Below the pieces are notes generated by a model that was not told the DNA's origin, did no database searches, and saw nothing but the letters and a program-made list of their open reading frames with translations. The position numbers and the translations under genes were made by a program. A stretch of 63,145 bases of DNA, filler included, from Choristocarpus tenellus KU-1152 (Eukaryota; Protista; Phaeophyceae): NCBI GenBank assembly GCA_964200185.2. It is 10 parts of 10 records of this genome, joined end to end, with 100 filler letters (N's around TTAATTAATTAA, not from the genome) between each part and the next. Parts side by side here need not be neighbours in the genome. Positions count along the whole stretch, not along the records: positions 47,464 to 56,168 come from CAXNAD020004427.1; positions 56,269 to 59,753 come from CAXNAD020019715.1; positions 59,854 to 63,145 come from CAXNAD020020989.1; 7 more parts are not named here. One strand, given 5' to 3'. Numbering within the stretch: position 1 is the first letter of the stretch; each line of letters opens with the position of its first letter. Shown piece after piece: positions 47,501 through 60,849 of this stretch.

Positions 47501-47694
47501 GTCCACGAGAAAGTGGAGGAGGCGGAGGGGGAGGAGAAGTGCCGTGAGCCTTGAGGGCTTCCAATTGGGGTGCCGGAATACCACTATCTCGATGCTCTGT
47601 GGATGCATGGTGGGGGGACTGAGCAGGCAGCAATGAGGGAGGTGGTGGGGTGGCACCCAGGAAGGGGGGATGAAGGCCAACCGCCAATGCTCAG
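44595..47694 (+). CDS. Hypothetical helical protein, partial
   Basis: Candidate exons 44595-44727, 45319-45468, ~46273-46357, 46763-46863 with canonical splice sites; part beyond the 47364 spacer is uncertain. Confidence 0.5.
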
Positions 47695-48349
47695 GTAAGA
47701 GAGATTATGGATATACATTGGGATCAAACAAATGTCCTGCCTCGGAGAAGGGAGGGTGGTGGGCCTCACAATTTACTCAGGATCTCTCTAAATTGATGCT
47801 GGGAGGATATGACAAGGTCTGTACTGTAACCGTCTATCCTATCTCCAAACTTCAGTCACTCCTAACCCTGACCCACGCTGCAACCTACACAATAATGTAG
47901 GTGTAAATATGTGTGTGTGTGTGTGTGTGTGTATGTGTGCAAATGTGGCTCAATATGTATACCTTCACATTTGAAGGCATCTGAGCATGTTGTGGTCATT
48001 TACATGAATTGTGACTGCAAGAAACTCATCCAGAGTAGGCATTTTAGACTAGGGAGTAATACTGTAAAAGCTGTATGAATCACACTCATGCATGTGGAGC
48101 TATCGAACACACAGGTGAGCAATAGAAGCCCTAATTGGGACGAACAAATTTGCTACTCGGGTGAGATCATTGAAATTCAGCACAGTTCATGACTCACGGT
48201 TGCGTAAGTGCTAAAGAGCATGTGAGGGGTGTATCACCCAACCACCCAACATACAAGAGTAAAAGTAGGCAAGTTCAAAACTATATTTTACACAACTGAA
48301 ATTTGCAGTGGGTTCTCTCATGCTGGCAGTCGAATTATGTGTCATCTAT

Positions 48350-50050
48350 TCACCACCACTTTGACTTAAGCGGTTGAAATCGGAGGTTACTGGCCTCAGA
48401 CAATTGGATTGAATTGATATTAACCTTCCCCTGTGTGAAATGAGCAAACTCTAATGAGACCAGGACTTTCAATTACACACGTCATCCACACACTCAACAT
48501 CAATCAAATTTTACAACAATTTACAAATCAAGCCCATATTTTTTTGGTAAGGTTTGTTGTAATATACCTAAATGGGTAAAGTTTTCTTCGCTAGACTCGT
48601 AAGTCAGAGGGAGGTAGTGGGGAGGTTAGATTTGGTATTGCCTTGCATTCCCTACACCCTGCCTGTACTGTGAGGTTCCATTCACGGGTCATAATTGTGT
48701 GCGAAGAGAGAGGGTAAAGTATCTCCGGCTTTGTCTAGCTCAATCGGACACACCCTTGCACCCAGATGCACACCCAGCAAGACAGCCGAGGCTAGGGAAG
48801 GACACAAGAAGCACTTGTTAAAAATAAAACTAAATACAGTGAAGATATTTGCATCCACAAAAAAACATAGGAATTGTAGACAACAAGAGGGACCAATATC
48901 CTAAGATTATAGGCAGGCACAAACTTGGAGACCTCTCAAGGATCTGTCGAGATCCACCCTGCGGTGCAGTCAGATTCTACAAGCTTATTCAAGGGGAGAG
49001 ATAAGGTCCATTGGGACTACTTCAAGAATCTAGCAGAACAGAACTTTCCAGATATCCCCCCTTATTGCTTACCCTTGCTCAATGGATCATTGACTAGATT
49101 CTACTCTCCTGCAAACTCACCTGGTTCGCACCCGAAGAAACTCCTCTAGAGGGTTCAGAGGGCGAGCCAGTCGCATTCAATGAAGGCGGCTGAGGGACAG
49201 GCATATCGGAGTGCGTTGGACTAGGAATTGAAGACGGTGGTAAAGCTGCATGTCCTCTCTGCTTTTCGTGGGAATCCTCTCTCGTCTCGGTCTCTAGTCC
49301 ATCACTTGCTTTTTCTAGCCATCCATCTCCAGTACCAGCTACCCCCGATTCACCACGATCGCGACTTGTATGTTTTCTACGGTGGTTATGATCTGGCTGG
49401 TGCTGCAGCTGGTGCTTCTGTTCTCTTCGTTTACCAGATTTCCTCTCCCTTGCAGTCCCCCTCCCCTTCGATCTCACCACGGTAGCAGGGCCACCGAACA
49501 TCTGGTGATCATCTCCACCTTGTGCGATACGGAGTAGAGCGGCTGCTTTTGGAGAATACCGATCATCCCTGTCATCACGACGGGGCTGAGTAAACCCTGC
49601 GGCGGAAGACGCCATATCGAAGTCATCGGTCCAATCTTCGGCCCCCCGGCTTGGATCAGCTGAGACGCCGACAACGGAACGGCTACTCCTACTACGAGTG
49701 CCAATACCACCTCCTCTCGAGGGCTTCATTATGTCTTCAGGAGCAGCCCATGCTCCCCCCCCCCACAGCCCACTCTCTACAGTCCTTCCTTCCCTTAATC
49801 CTAAAAGCTTTTGTCTTTCACAATTCACAATAACATCCAGAAAAAAGAAAAATATTCAACTCACACCTTTCTTCCTCACTTCTATTAATGATATTGTGTA
49901 TGTGGGTCTTGGACCTGAACATCCCAAGTGCAATCCTTGCAGTAACCCTCTCCGTTAAGGAGTCTGCTTCAAAATCTTCCGTCCACTTCATGTAGGAAAG
50001 AGTTAGCCTGTCCATATCGTCACATAGGATCGGTAGCCAGCACATTCATC
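48350..50050 (-). CDS. Hypothetical protein with long low-complexity exon
   Basis: Open exon ~49830-49121 ending CAG|GTGAGT; small downstream candidates near 48750-48660 and 48430-48350; 5' structure unresolved. Confidence 0.45.
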
Positions 50051-50869
50051 AAGGGTTCGATTTTGTCCTTGAGATTTATATTCCCAACGGCAGATCAAGG
50101 CAATACCAAAACAAAGACAGTGCGAAGAGAGGATGGGGACGGAGGCAAGTCCCTCGGTCACGAGAGACTTCGCGCGAGATCCATTCCCAGCTACAACCGT
50201 CTGCAATGTAAGACCACACGAACCGACTTCGAATCCCGATAGAACAGGCTTCTACGAGACATGGAGTGTATCCTGTTGGTTTGGGTGTTCTTTTGTTGTC
50301 TACCGCTCCCTCCAGTGCCCCTTATCCTTCAGCTTGCACCCCCTTGATTTTCATATAACTGATACGTTGCATTCAATCTGCAGGTTGTTGATGATGGAAA
50401 GGAAAAGCCAAGGCAAACCTAGGACTGGTTGCGTGCGTCCCCTCTTATAACTACGTTCCATACTTTTGACATTACTGTCTCTATCTATGATATGCTTTAT
50501 CCCACTAGGGAGTTTGGCTGAAATTTTTCGGCAACTACTTCACGTTTCCGCCGATATAACTCCTTGCAGTTTAGTTCCAAGCCTCTCCAACCCAAAGACT
50601 GCAAATGGACCTGTCAGTGACGCTTCTTGCGACCTAGGTCGTCTTCTCTGTTGATGTGTACCATCGATTTACCGCTAAGCACGCACCATCCTCAGAAATG
50701 CGAAGAAATAAGCTTTGGCTTTCTGCGCATGATTCAGTAACCACCATACATAGTGTCTCTGAATGAAGTGCACGCGTTCTTCCAACATCTCACACTGAAC
50801 ATGATATACCTCTGTGTATGCGACCCGTGCAGACACACATATACTGAACAATAACCTTCCCTCTCTCCC

Positions 50870-51091
50870 CTACACATTCTCTCCTATCAGAGCGTCAACA
50901 CGATCCCAAACTTTCCCATGTTTCCTAAATCTTGCATCTTCACTCCTTAGGACCCCAAGCTTTACAGAGTGTACCGCAAGACTCTGGAACGTGTCCCTGT
51001 GTCCATATCTTGGATCCGGTCTGATTGCTGCTTTGTGGCTATTGACCCTGCCGAGACCAGGTGTGGTGCGCATGGCATCAGCAATTATAGC
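50870..51091 (-). CDS. Possible terminal exon of an unidentified gene
   Basis: CAG acceptor followed by ~70 open codons to a stop; upstream exons not resolved. Confidence 0.3.
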   Translation of the reverse strand, partial: AIIADAMRTTPGLGRVNSHKAAIRPDPRYGHRDTFQSLAVHSVKLGVLRSEDARFRKHGKVWDRVDALIGENV

Positions 51092-52636
51092 CCTGTCACT
51101 GTAGGAGGTACTCGAAAACTGAACAATCTTCCCCACTTCACACAAACCGAGCTACATACACACCTTTGAATATTCATTTCTCCAACCTCTAATTCCCAAT
51201 CCTTTTATGCGCTGTTGTCATTGAGAAGTAGCACAGCAGGTATAGACACAGCTGTTGAAATTGTATTTTATCGATATTGCAAACATGTTTCCAAAAGCTA
51301 TTTGAGTCATTGGCCACTATCCCCAAGTCTGCCGGTGCACATGGCTTCATTGTACCCTCTTCCACCCTTCAACATTCTTGCCTCTCTTTCCTTCTGAATC
51401 ACCAGTTGTGTAGAAAACATCTCCCTTCTATCAATTACCTAGAAAGTTCATTGTGTGTAGCGTTCGCCTTTGACCACTTAATAGATATGTCACTGGCTCT
51501 CCATCCTATTACATAATCCACCGGTGATATCTATCTGTATCAGCAGCGCTATCAACGAACAATACTCATACGTGTATGAATGTAGGTTATTTGTTATTCT
51601 GCCTGTCATTTGGAGCATATCATAACTCCTACTCTAGAAGTATGCCTTTCTGATTGGGGTAGGTAGATGATATTGATCAGCATTCCTAACCTCTACTACT
51701 GCGGAAGTAGTTAGATATTTCACCTTTAAAAAAAAAGACAACACTAGAAGGGGATCTCTGCTCTCTTGATGGCTTGAATGTTGTAGGTGCGTGAAAATAA
51801 GGAACGCATTGCTGGACTAGAGAGAGGTTTGGACATAGCTCGGGGGAAATTGACATAAGGGTGTAATGATTCTTTGCATTGCCTTTTCCATACACCTGTT
51901 CAACCTTGCTGTTGACATTAGTGTTGCAGTTTGTCTTAGCAGTGGATATGTATGAAGTGGAGTTGGGCTATTTTAATTTGGTAGAGATTTGTGTCATGGG
52001 ATTGAAGTACAACATGCCCCAATTTCATGCTCTCTTTCACAGAGGGTAGAACCTGGTCAAACAAAACTTTTGTGTTGGTATTGTTACCTTTTGGTAGGAA
52101 AGGTGAGAAACACGAAAGATAAATTTATTTGCTCAGCTGTAGCTCCAAAGCCTGTGGTAGCTGTTGAAGAGGTATGCTCTGAAGTAACATTATAGCACAG
52201 TGGTCATGCCATTGAACTTTGTCAGCCCTTGATTGTGCCCCATATCTTCGTCTTGTACTCTGTGTTGGTTCATATTTTGTATATTCTCTGTGTGAGATAA
52301 TACTATTGTGTATATACAAAGATCTTACGGTTTATCTATTCCCATGGCATGCGTCTGTAAGATGCAGAACACGAAAACGTAACACTCCATTCTTGACTCT
52401 TGTTGGCATGTCTTTTTTTTTGTGAGACTGCCACCCTTGTCCACGTCCTTGCCCTCTGCTTTCACCAACATCATTGTTATGTGTGGAGTGTTATTATTTT
52501 GCAAACACCTCTGTTTCAAGCTTCACTTTACTCCAACTGATCCTTTGTTCACTTGGAAATCTTACCATTTATCCTCCTTTCACCTTCGACGACCCATCCC
52601 CTCCTTTACTTTCTTGATCACTTGGCTGTTCTGTAG

Positions 52637-55253
52637 AGTGTTTGCTTGGGAAGGATGTACAGCAGGTGCTGAGGACTGGGCGATGGCGTTGGATGTAGCC
52701 CACAGGGTGCTGCAGGTTAGTGTGTGCCCATCCTATCCTTTTACCGGAGAGAGGGCTCCAGTTTCAAGCCTATCTGGTCATTTTTTTTGTTTTATTGTCG
52801 CTTTTTCTCCGTTGAGCGTCAGTTGGAGCAGTCTGCAGGCTGGTTTTATACCACATCGAGAAGGCTTCTTGCAGCAAGCGGTATGGAATAGGTCTAATAA
52901 GTCGGATTCTGCTGAAATTTTAAGGTAACTTGGAATTGGTTTTTGAAAGACCCTCATAAGAAGTTAGTAAAAGCTGGTATCATCTTGTGCATTTATTGCC
53001 TGCCCTGCAAATTGTTTGAACTGAAACTGAAGAGAGGAAGTACTGCATCGACTGTTTCCATGCAGTTGTCAAAAGGCATCCATCACATTCTACTCTAGTT
53101 AGTTATAGGCATGGCAAGAGAGGTGGAAGGATAGGTTGTATCTGAGATTGATATTGAAGAAATTGCAGTGAAAGAAGTGAATATAGCTGCAAAATGTATG
53201 TGAGCTCAATGTGAACTTTGGAGTGTAATTGATGTTTCAATTAGAGTCAATGGCAACTGGAGTTGTCTACCATGGTGCATGTACCATGTACTTTCCTCTC
53301 AGTAGGTCTGCAGTTTGTGCTTGACAAGTTTGTTGAGAGAGATGACTCGGATGGCCATCGGGTCAGTCCATGACAATGATCTGATACGCCAACACTAACA
53401 GCTGATACATAAAACCTCCAATCTGAGTGTACATAATCCCTTGAATTGTGTTGTAGAGACCAGAATCTCGGCTGTAGAACTGATGTGATTGGATAGATGG
53501 ATGGATGGATTGGATTGTTTTAATTGTGTTTTTGATTTTTTTGTAGGATTGAGTGGATGGTTGAATTTTGTAGCCAGTGTGAGAAAAGGGAATGACTGAA
53601 TATGTTATTTGTTGTGTTGTGTGATCGTTGAAGGCAGGTTGAAGATGCACTTGGTTGCTTGACTTATGTTTAGAGTTAATGTTCCTGGAGAATATTCTGT
53701 GATATATGGTCAAGTGTTGATGTGAATATCATGTCAACATTGATTAATATCATTGGTATCTGCTGTCAAATATTCTTGGCCTTATGTGTTGGTGAAGATT
53801 TCTCTGGGGCTAGGGTCGGGGTCTGACGAGTATCTTTTTTGTCTTGCCTGCATGGTAATTTTGTAGGTTTGTGATTAACATTAGTTGAAGATACAGGTTT
53901 GTGTGAGTCAGGTCACTCTCCCTACCCCTAACCCTTCCTTATCCTTATCCATTTGAACAGACACATGTAGGTAGCACCAGCACCATAACACCCAACTGAA
54001 ATTTGCGCAATTGTCTACTGAAATGAAATTGAAAGTGTTACTGCCACTTTAAACACACAACTGGAACCAAATACCCCCACTGTACTACTATGTGGTGGTG
54101 TGCTAGTGTCACACCTGGTTGCACATATTCTAATTGTGATTTTTTTTAAACTGAAAACCTGTAACTGACACTTTTAACACACCATTGCAACTGCAATGTA
54201 CTTCTTTGTTCTGCTGTATGCTTAACTATCTTGTTCTTCTGTGGGACATTGCAAAGCGTTACATAAATTCTCACATCTCACATCTGACACCACTGCCATT
54301 GATATTGTATTTTTTTTCAAATAGCCTGATTTCTTTTGCTCCTCTTGTGTGCCTGTCAATTCCTCTCACTTTGCCACATTGGTGATCACAGATCGACCTC
54401 GGTTCTCCATCCTCAACGGCGTTTGTGGTGCGACGACGTGGTCCAAATGAACCACCTTCTGCAGAGGAAGCGGTCTTTGAAAAGTTTGTGACTTCATCAG
54501 AGCAGAGGAGACCCTCGTCCAATTCCAAGTGTAAGCATAGAAAGGATATATATATATTATTTTTATTGGTATTTCTTGTTGTGGAGGGCAGGTGCTACAT
54601 CAGTTGTTCATATTGCCCTATACATTGGTTGAGGTTGGTGTTCGGGCTACTTCCTCTATTTTTGTTGCATGGATTTCGACCACAGTACCATTTTGTTGTT
54701 CAATGTTAGACATAGACCTGATGAACCAATGGGACTCCTCACATCGAGATGAAAGGAGGGACAGGCTATCAGGCGGGAGGAAATGGGGAATTGAGAGGAT
54801 AATTATTTACTTTTTAACTTTATTAGTCTGAGGGATCACCAACCTGTGGTCGGAGGCACACATGACGTGGATGCAAAAAATGAAAAAATATTAAAGGAAG
54901 AAGTAAAGTTTTCTTGGAACGAACCTATTGCATCTCAGCTGATGTGTACTTTACCTACAGTTTTTAATTTTATTTTTGTTCTTTGTCCTCACAACAACTA
55001 TAAGCCTCACTGCTGCACCATTACACCCCAACACTGATTTTTTGTAAATATGTATATATATAGTGTGTTCAACAGAGCCGGTGAATCAACCCCCTCGGTT
55101 GCTTCAGTGCCAGTTCTCGTGCCCTGATCCTCTTGTGGGGACCAGCGATGGCAGGGGGGGGGAGGAGTTGATCAGCCTCGAGTTCTTGTTGGTGGCTGTA
55201 GGCGAGGTTGAGGACAGGGGAAGGGTGTCTCGCCTAGACCGACAATGGCTAAG
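52637..55253 (+). CDS. Multi-exon gene fragment, possibly gelsolin/villin-like repeat protein
   Basis: Candidate exons ~52637-52714 (VFAWEGCTAGAEDWAMALDVA, like the gelsolin-repeat F.W.G motif), 52839-52925, 53306-53361, 54392-54530, 55076-55253. Confidence 0.4.
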
Positions 55254-56536
55254 GTGAGATAGGTTTAGGGTTGGGTCAAAGGAGCAAGAAAAAACGTCAG
55301 CGCACTCTGTCTTTTATTGGCAGTCTTGAGAATGTAATGTGTTTTTTTTTTGGGGGGGGGGGCTGAGATGTTGAAAAAATCCTGGAAAATTCCATGTTTC
55401 GTCAACTAAGAAATTGGAGGTTGGTGACATGGTATGGCGTTGTGATGTTTTAATACTTGAGGTGCAACCGATTGTAAATTGTAAATTCAATGTGTTTTTT
55501 TGTCCGGTAGTGTATGTATTGAGTGTGTCTTAGTGTGCCTTACAGAATGAAAAAGAAAAAGAAGAGTAGACCTACATTTTTCGAGAAGCTTGAAGAGGTT
55601 TTTTTGTATGGTTTTTTAAATGTATTGTGGTGAGTTCTTTATTTTCCTTGCACTTAGATTTTTTTAAGAGTAGTGAATTTGTGTTGCTTGTATTTCCTTT
55701 TTCTAGTGTAAGACAGAGTACAAACTACATTGCAAACATTCATTTTTTATCTTGAAATGCGGTATTGTTATTTGTACTCATATTAATCTTAGTGTCATGA
55801 ATCGCCATATTTTGATTGAATTGAAGATCACTGAGTTTGGAAATCAAGAGGTTAGATACAATTGGTTGACTTTTTTTGTGCTCTTTACCTTCTGGCAGAA
55901 TAATGCTAGTAAGGCACTCGATACAGCGTGAACTTTTTTACTCCAATGGAGTAGAAGAACAGGATTAGAACAGAATTGATTTAAATGGACAACTCCCTTC
56001 AATTCACGCTACTGTTTGCTGTCACCATTGACATGCTCGCAAATGGCATGTGTACTATACATGTTTAATGTTAATCTCTTAAATAATAATAAAAAATCAC
56101 CTTTGATCCTGTTTGTGGAAAGTAGTTATGTTCCTGAAAATTCCTGTCAAACGATTGATGGGGGGGGGNNNNNNNNNNNNNNNNNNNNNNNNNNNNNNNN
56201 NNNNNNNNNNNNTTAATTAATTAANNNNNNNNNNNNNNNNNNNNNNNNNNNNNNNNNNNNNNNNNNNNCTTCCTGGTCGTGTACAACGGGATGTAGGAGG
56301 GACAGGTACTGTAGCGGCTTCGCAGGCCCCGTACGTACGTGCTTCCGACAATCCCGATAATACTGTGTTTGTATGGAACGCAGCATTAAAAAACATATCC
56401 AAAGAAAAACATTTATTGTTACCTACACTCCTTTTTGTTACGAACCTAATACATATTAACAAGTGGCCATTTTTTTACAACTCTGAGCAGATTTATTTGA
56501 TTTACAGACGTGATGTTGCTCTCCCCCATTCGCCAG

Positions 56537-59500
56537 ATTATCCAAGCAGATCGGCTGGCCATGCGGGTCAAAGCCAACGGCAAACCTCTCGGGTTCGTGT
56601 TCATGTCCGTAGACGCCGCGAACCAGACAGCACACGCTCTCCCAGCACTATATCCACCTACCCATGGAGGTGACAGGTAACCACACGCACGCATAGTCCA
56701 TCTGACAACAAGTCTGCAGCCACACACAGAACAGAATAGACGACCCTGTTTTATTCTACGAATGAGTGCAAAGTCTCAAGAAATAACCGCCAAAACAGAC
56801 TCACATAATTCCACTACCTATTCCGATTGTCATGATGACAACGCACCGTAGAACCTTTCTTTACACGATTCTTTGATTCATGTCCTTCTTATCAGGGGCT
56901 ACTCCGAGCCCCAGAAAATCATGGCCGCACACGTCGAAGGCCAGTTCGAAGAGGTGTTCTTCACTCCTATCAATCTTGGAGGAGGTACGTAATATTGGTC
57001 GTGGCAAAAAATCACATGACTGAATAGATGCTTCAGCGCACGCACCACTTCATTTACTGTCGTGGCGAGTGGGCCTGCCTAAGATTAGATACCCGAGGAC
57101 AAGTACATCCCTACACAATGTGCCTATAGATACCGCAGGCCTAGTGAACAGTTGATTAACTGATGATGCGCTGTGCTCCCCTGCCATCCTGCGCATCAGC
57201 TTAGGGTTAGGGCGAGAGGAGTGTAAGAGCTAATCAACGAGGAGGAAAACCCACAGACTTGTATATCAGCCATTCGGGTGTATGTGCTCTACATTGCAAA
57301 AACAAATTCCATTACCCCTCTTTTTAGCTCCAAGCATACAATGCGTAAGTAAGCAGAGTACTATTTGCCAACTAACGACGGACGTCATCGTTCGCGCAGG
57401 TTGTAACCTTGTCTGCACAGCCACCCACCTTGCCCTCACTAGGCTTATCGACAAGTACCACAACAGCCTCGATCATGCGGGGAGTCACATCATCCAGCAC
57501 GCGCATTGGCAGGTAAAAAAAATCATTTTCACACGATCTACTCAACACATACTCGCTGAATACCGGTCACCAAAACTCTAACTGCACGGTCTTTAGTTTT
57601 GGTTAGTGTGTTGCTTGTTGTATGTATGATGGCGGTGATGTAGAGCTTGCGCTCTAGCAGTCATGGAAACATACCCTGATCCTCCACGAAACGCGGCGAA
57701 ATGGGCTGACATATCGGCCTCACGCCTATCCCTCCCTCGCTCCCAACTCCCCAAACTGGCCAGGTCGACAACTGCCTCTCAGAGAACAAGAACAATTTCT
57801 TTCTTGGATATGCGGGGCCGTTGGTCGCGGCGAGTATCATTCGTGTGGTCGAGATACATTTTATGATGGTGGGGCACACGCACATCAAAATCGATCAGAT
57901 CTTCTCCAGGTAATAGCAAGATATGCAAGTGCGATAGCCACATAGTGTTTTGATACGGACAGATACTACCTTGAGGCTTGCAGCTCACGCTTGTTGCATC
58001 CATGTATGGTTTATGGTCATACACTGTAATTGATTGATTGGCTTTTGATTTCCCCACCAAAAAATTGAACGATAAGAGCAGCTGCCAAAACTGTTTCGTA
58101 AACTACTGTAGAAACAAAACAATAAAAAAATGTACGCTTCACCCCTTCTTATATCTATACTTCCATATACATGCTGAGGAGCATGTGCCTGCATATATAT
58201 CTTGCTTCTCCACTCCGTTTCTTTCGCCCCCGCCTAAAAACTAACTTGCTTGCATTCCACTTTCAGTTTCTCACGTGGTATCAAAGGGAAGAACATATTC
58301 ACGAGAACACAGCTGGGTGAAGAGCTGCAGGCCTCTTAAACGGAGGTTCCTGTGTACTGCAAGACCCTACGGAACGAGGGCAACTTCAAGGGACTCCTTC
58401 GCAGTCGCGTCAACCATGTCCCCAACATCACGAGCTACAGGGCTTTTCGCCTTGAAAAAGGCGGTGATGGACGGGTTAAGGTTAGCGTTAAGCGATACAT
58501 GCACAGCACCGAATGGAGTGGGATAGGGTGAGACCTTGCTATCGACCCCAACGCCCCTCCACACGATCTCTTCATCGGCCACCCGCCTCGTATCCAAGTT
58601 GCACCACCCTACCAGCTCAAGAGCGTTCCCGAACACATCATCCTGAAAGTAGAGCAGCGGTACCAGGTGTCGCACGAGCGCCTCCCTGCTGCGTACCCAC
58701 TGGGTATGTCGATTTTTTCGTGAGGGGAGTTGATGGCTAATTTTTGTATTCAGTGGCAGCCAAAAAATTCTGGTGCAACTTCTGTAAGGCAGCCTTTATC
58801 CCCTTTACAAAAACAATATTGAAAAATATTCCTTTCTCCTGCATAGTGATCGTCGCATGTTACAATAATAAGTACAATAGATTACCCCCGATAAATGTTT
58901 TGAGGGTACCAGTCTTGTATTCAACAGAAACGAATCCGACGAAATATGCACTCTCCCTCTCACTGCTACCTCCCCGAGCGCATTCGTGAAACCTCACGCC
59001 TGCTTACAAAGTAACATTCATGCATCTATACCGTTGATGTTCTCGTGCTCATAGATTCCACCTTCGCAGACGATGAAGCCATTCGGAGAGCGAAACGCGA
59101 GCAAAGCGAGTCTGTGCGGCTTCTCAAAAAGACAGGGGTACGAGAGTTCGACCTCCCTGTCCATTTGCTTCCCACCGATGACGATGGCGCTGGAACTGGT
59201 ACCAGCGACGTCGCAGACACCGACCTGGGCGAACGCTCAGGTGGAGGAGATAATCTCGTCAGCGGTGACAATGATCTCGGCGGGCTCGAGGAAACAGACT
59301 CTTCCTCATTGGACAGCGACACGGAAGAAGCTGACTCCCGTCAACGGGGTTGGCCTCGTGCTACGTTGACATCGGCGAACCATGGAAACCTCATCTCCGT
59401 GCAGAAAGGCAGTTTTTCCTTTTTTGTGGCAACAGAGGTGCCGCTCTTGGTCGGCAAGATCCTAACGGAGCACATCGGCGAGGACGGGGAGCGCGGGGTG

Positions 59501-59753
59501 GATCTTCACTGGCTTCGGCGGGCCAGCGACCACACGCGTGACAACGCCGTGTTTATGACCCTTGAGAAGTACGGGAAAAGTAGTTTTGTAGAAGGCTACA
59601 TACATGCTGGTGATAGATCCGGGCGAAGTGGGAAATAGAAGCGGGTTAAAGACGTAAGCTGGGAACCCGTGGCGGGTATTGTTTTGACTTGCAAGAAACT
59701 TGTTGGGAACGGCGAAAAGATTCCTACCAAGGTCTTGACAGTTCTACGGTCTG
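56537..59753 (+). pseudogene. Intron-containing Sola-like / DUF7869-type DDD transposase, inactivated
   Basis: Six phase-consistent GT-AG exons: 56537-56676, 56896-56984, 57400-57512, 57764-57909, 58267-58703, 59055->59753. Motifs FMSVDAANQ, QVDNCLSENKNN, FMMVGHTHIKIDQIFS. Premature stops at 58337-39, 58529-31, 59636-38. Confidence 0.8.
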
Positions 59754-59853
59754 NNNNNNNNNNNNNNNNNNNNNNNNNNNNNNNNNNNNNNNNNNNNTTA
59801 ATTAATTAANNNNNNNNNNNNNNNNNNNNNNNNNNNNNNNNNNNNNNNNNNNN

Positions 59854-59940
59854 GGAAAATGTTAATGCTCGTTTCCTGATTTTGACCCAAAATGGACCCC
59901 CTGGTGTAGTCCCCCCCCCCCCCCACATATACTTTGAGCC
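59854..59940. mobile_element. MITE family B end nested in a family A copy
   Basis: CCCAAAATGGAC...poly-C...ATACTTTGAGCC, immediately followed by family A interior. Confidence 0.85.
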
Positions 59941-60135
59941 TGACGTAATTTTTATCTATCGTGTTTGTTGGGAGATATCAATATCCTTGTTCCGGTCACA
60001 CCCTTTCATAACGTATACATCTTACCCACTCCGAAACATTTTGGAGTAGGTAAAATGTCATTCAAAACCTGTGGGAAGCCAAGCCCCAAATGGACAAACA
60101 GGGAAATACTCGTACCCTCCAGGATACTTCCACTC
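59941..60135. mobile_element. MITE family A remainder
   Basis: Colinear with ~22383-22577 and ~26628-26822; ends TACCCTCCAGGATACTTCCACTC. Confidence 0.9.
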
Positions 60136-60849
60136 CAATCAAACTGCGAGGTAGGCAAGGTCGTTTTTAAGGGTCCCAAAAAAGCTATAAAAAAAAAGTG
60201 ATTTTATAAAACTGCTCGTTCTTTGCTGAATTGTGGTGTCAGTTTATGTCTGTAAAGGGAGAATATCAATTTTGCGTACTCTTATTGTGCACATGAAGCA
60301 ATGAAATAGAGTTTATTGCACAGGGTAAGAAAGATGGAGTGGAACGCAAAAGAGTTCAAACCTGACTACCTCTCAAATGGTTTGGCTCTATTCCTTTCTC
60401 ATTTTGTATTTTTCATCTTACATAAAAAAAACGTCGAAGCATAAATTTTCTTACTTCTAACTTATCTCTGCCTCTATCTCTCTCTCCTCCAATCCGAACT
60501 TTCTCACAACAGGTCTGCTTCAACCATCAGGCTACATTAATATTTGAGAAATAAACAGAATATGATAGGCGATTGTGAAGATAGTAGGAACAATTTTTGA
60601 AGGAACTTTTATCGTAGGGTGACAAGGGTATCCTATTAGGTCTGTGCAACACATGCTGTAGATATAATTCAAACTCATGTATGAACAGATATCATTTTAT
60701 TACTACATGTGTATGCAACATGATCACGAACGGAAATAATAATGATACAATTGAAACCGTGTATCTATTGCAATATATATATATAGCAACGTCTTGTACA
60801 GTATGAGCTACACAAGACTATTCCAAAGCATATCCATGGCAACTACTAC

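Noticed and set aside
48330-48662. Possible fourth GC donor (CAG|GCAGGG)
   Set aside because: A GT donor 5 nt away also gives an open terminal exon, so it cannot be decided without transcripts.
49915-50080. Minus-strand frame with in-frame TGA codons (possible selenocysteine)
   Set aside because: No selenoprotein motif or SECIS recognised, and another frame is open.
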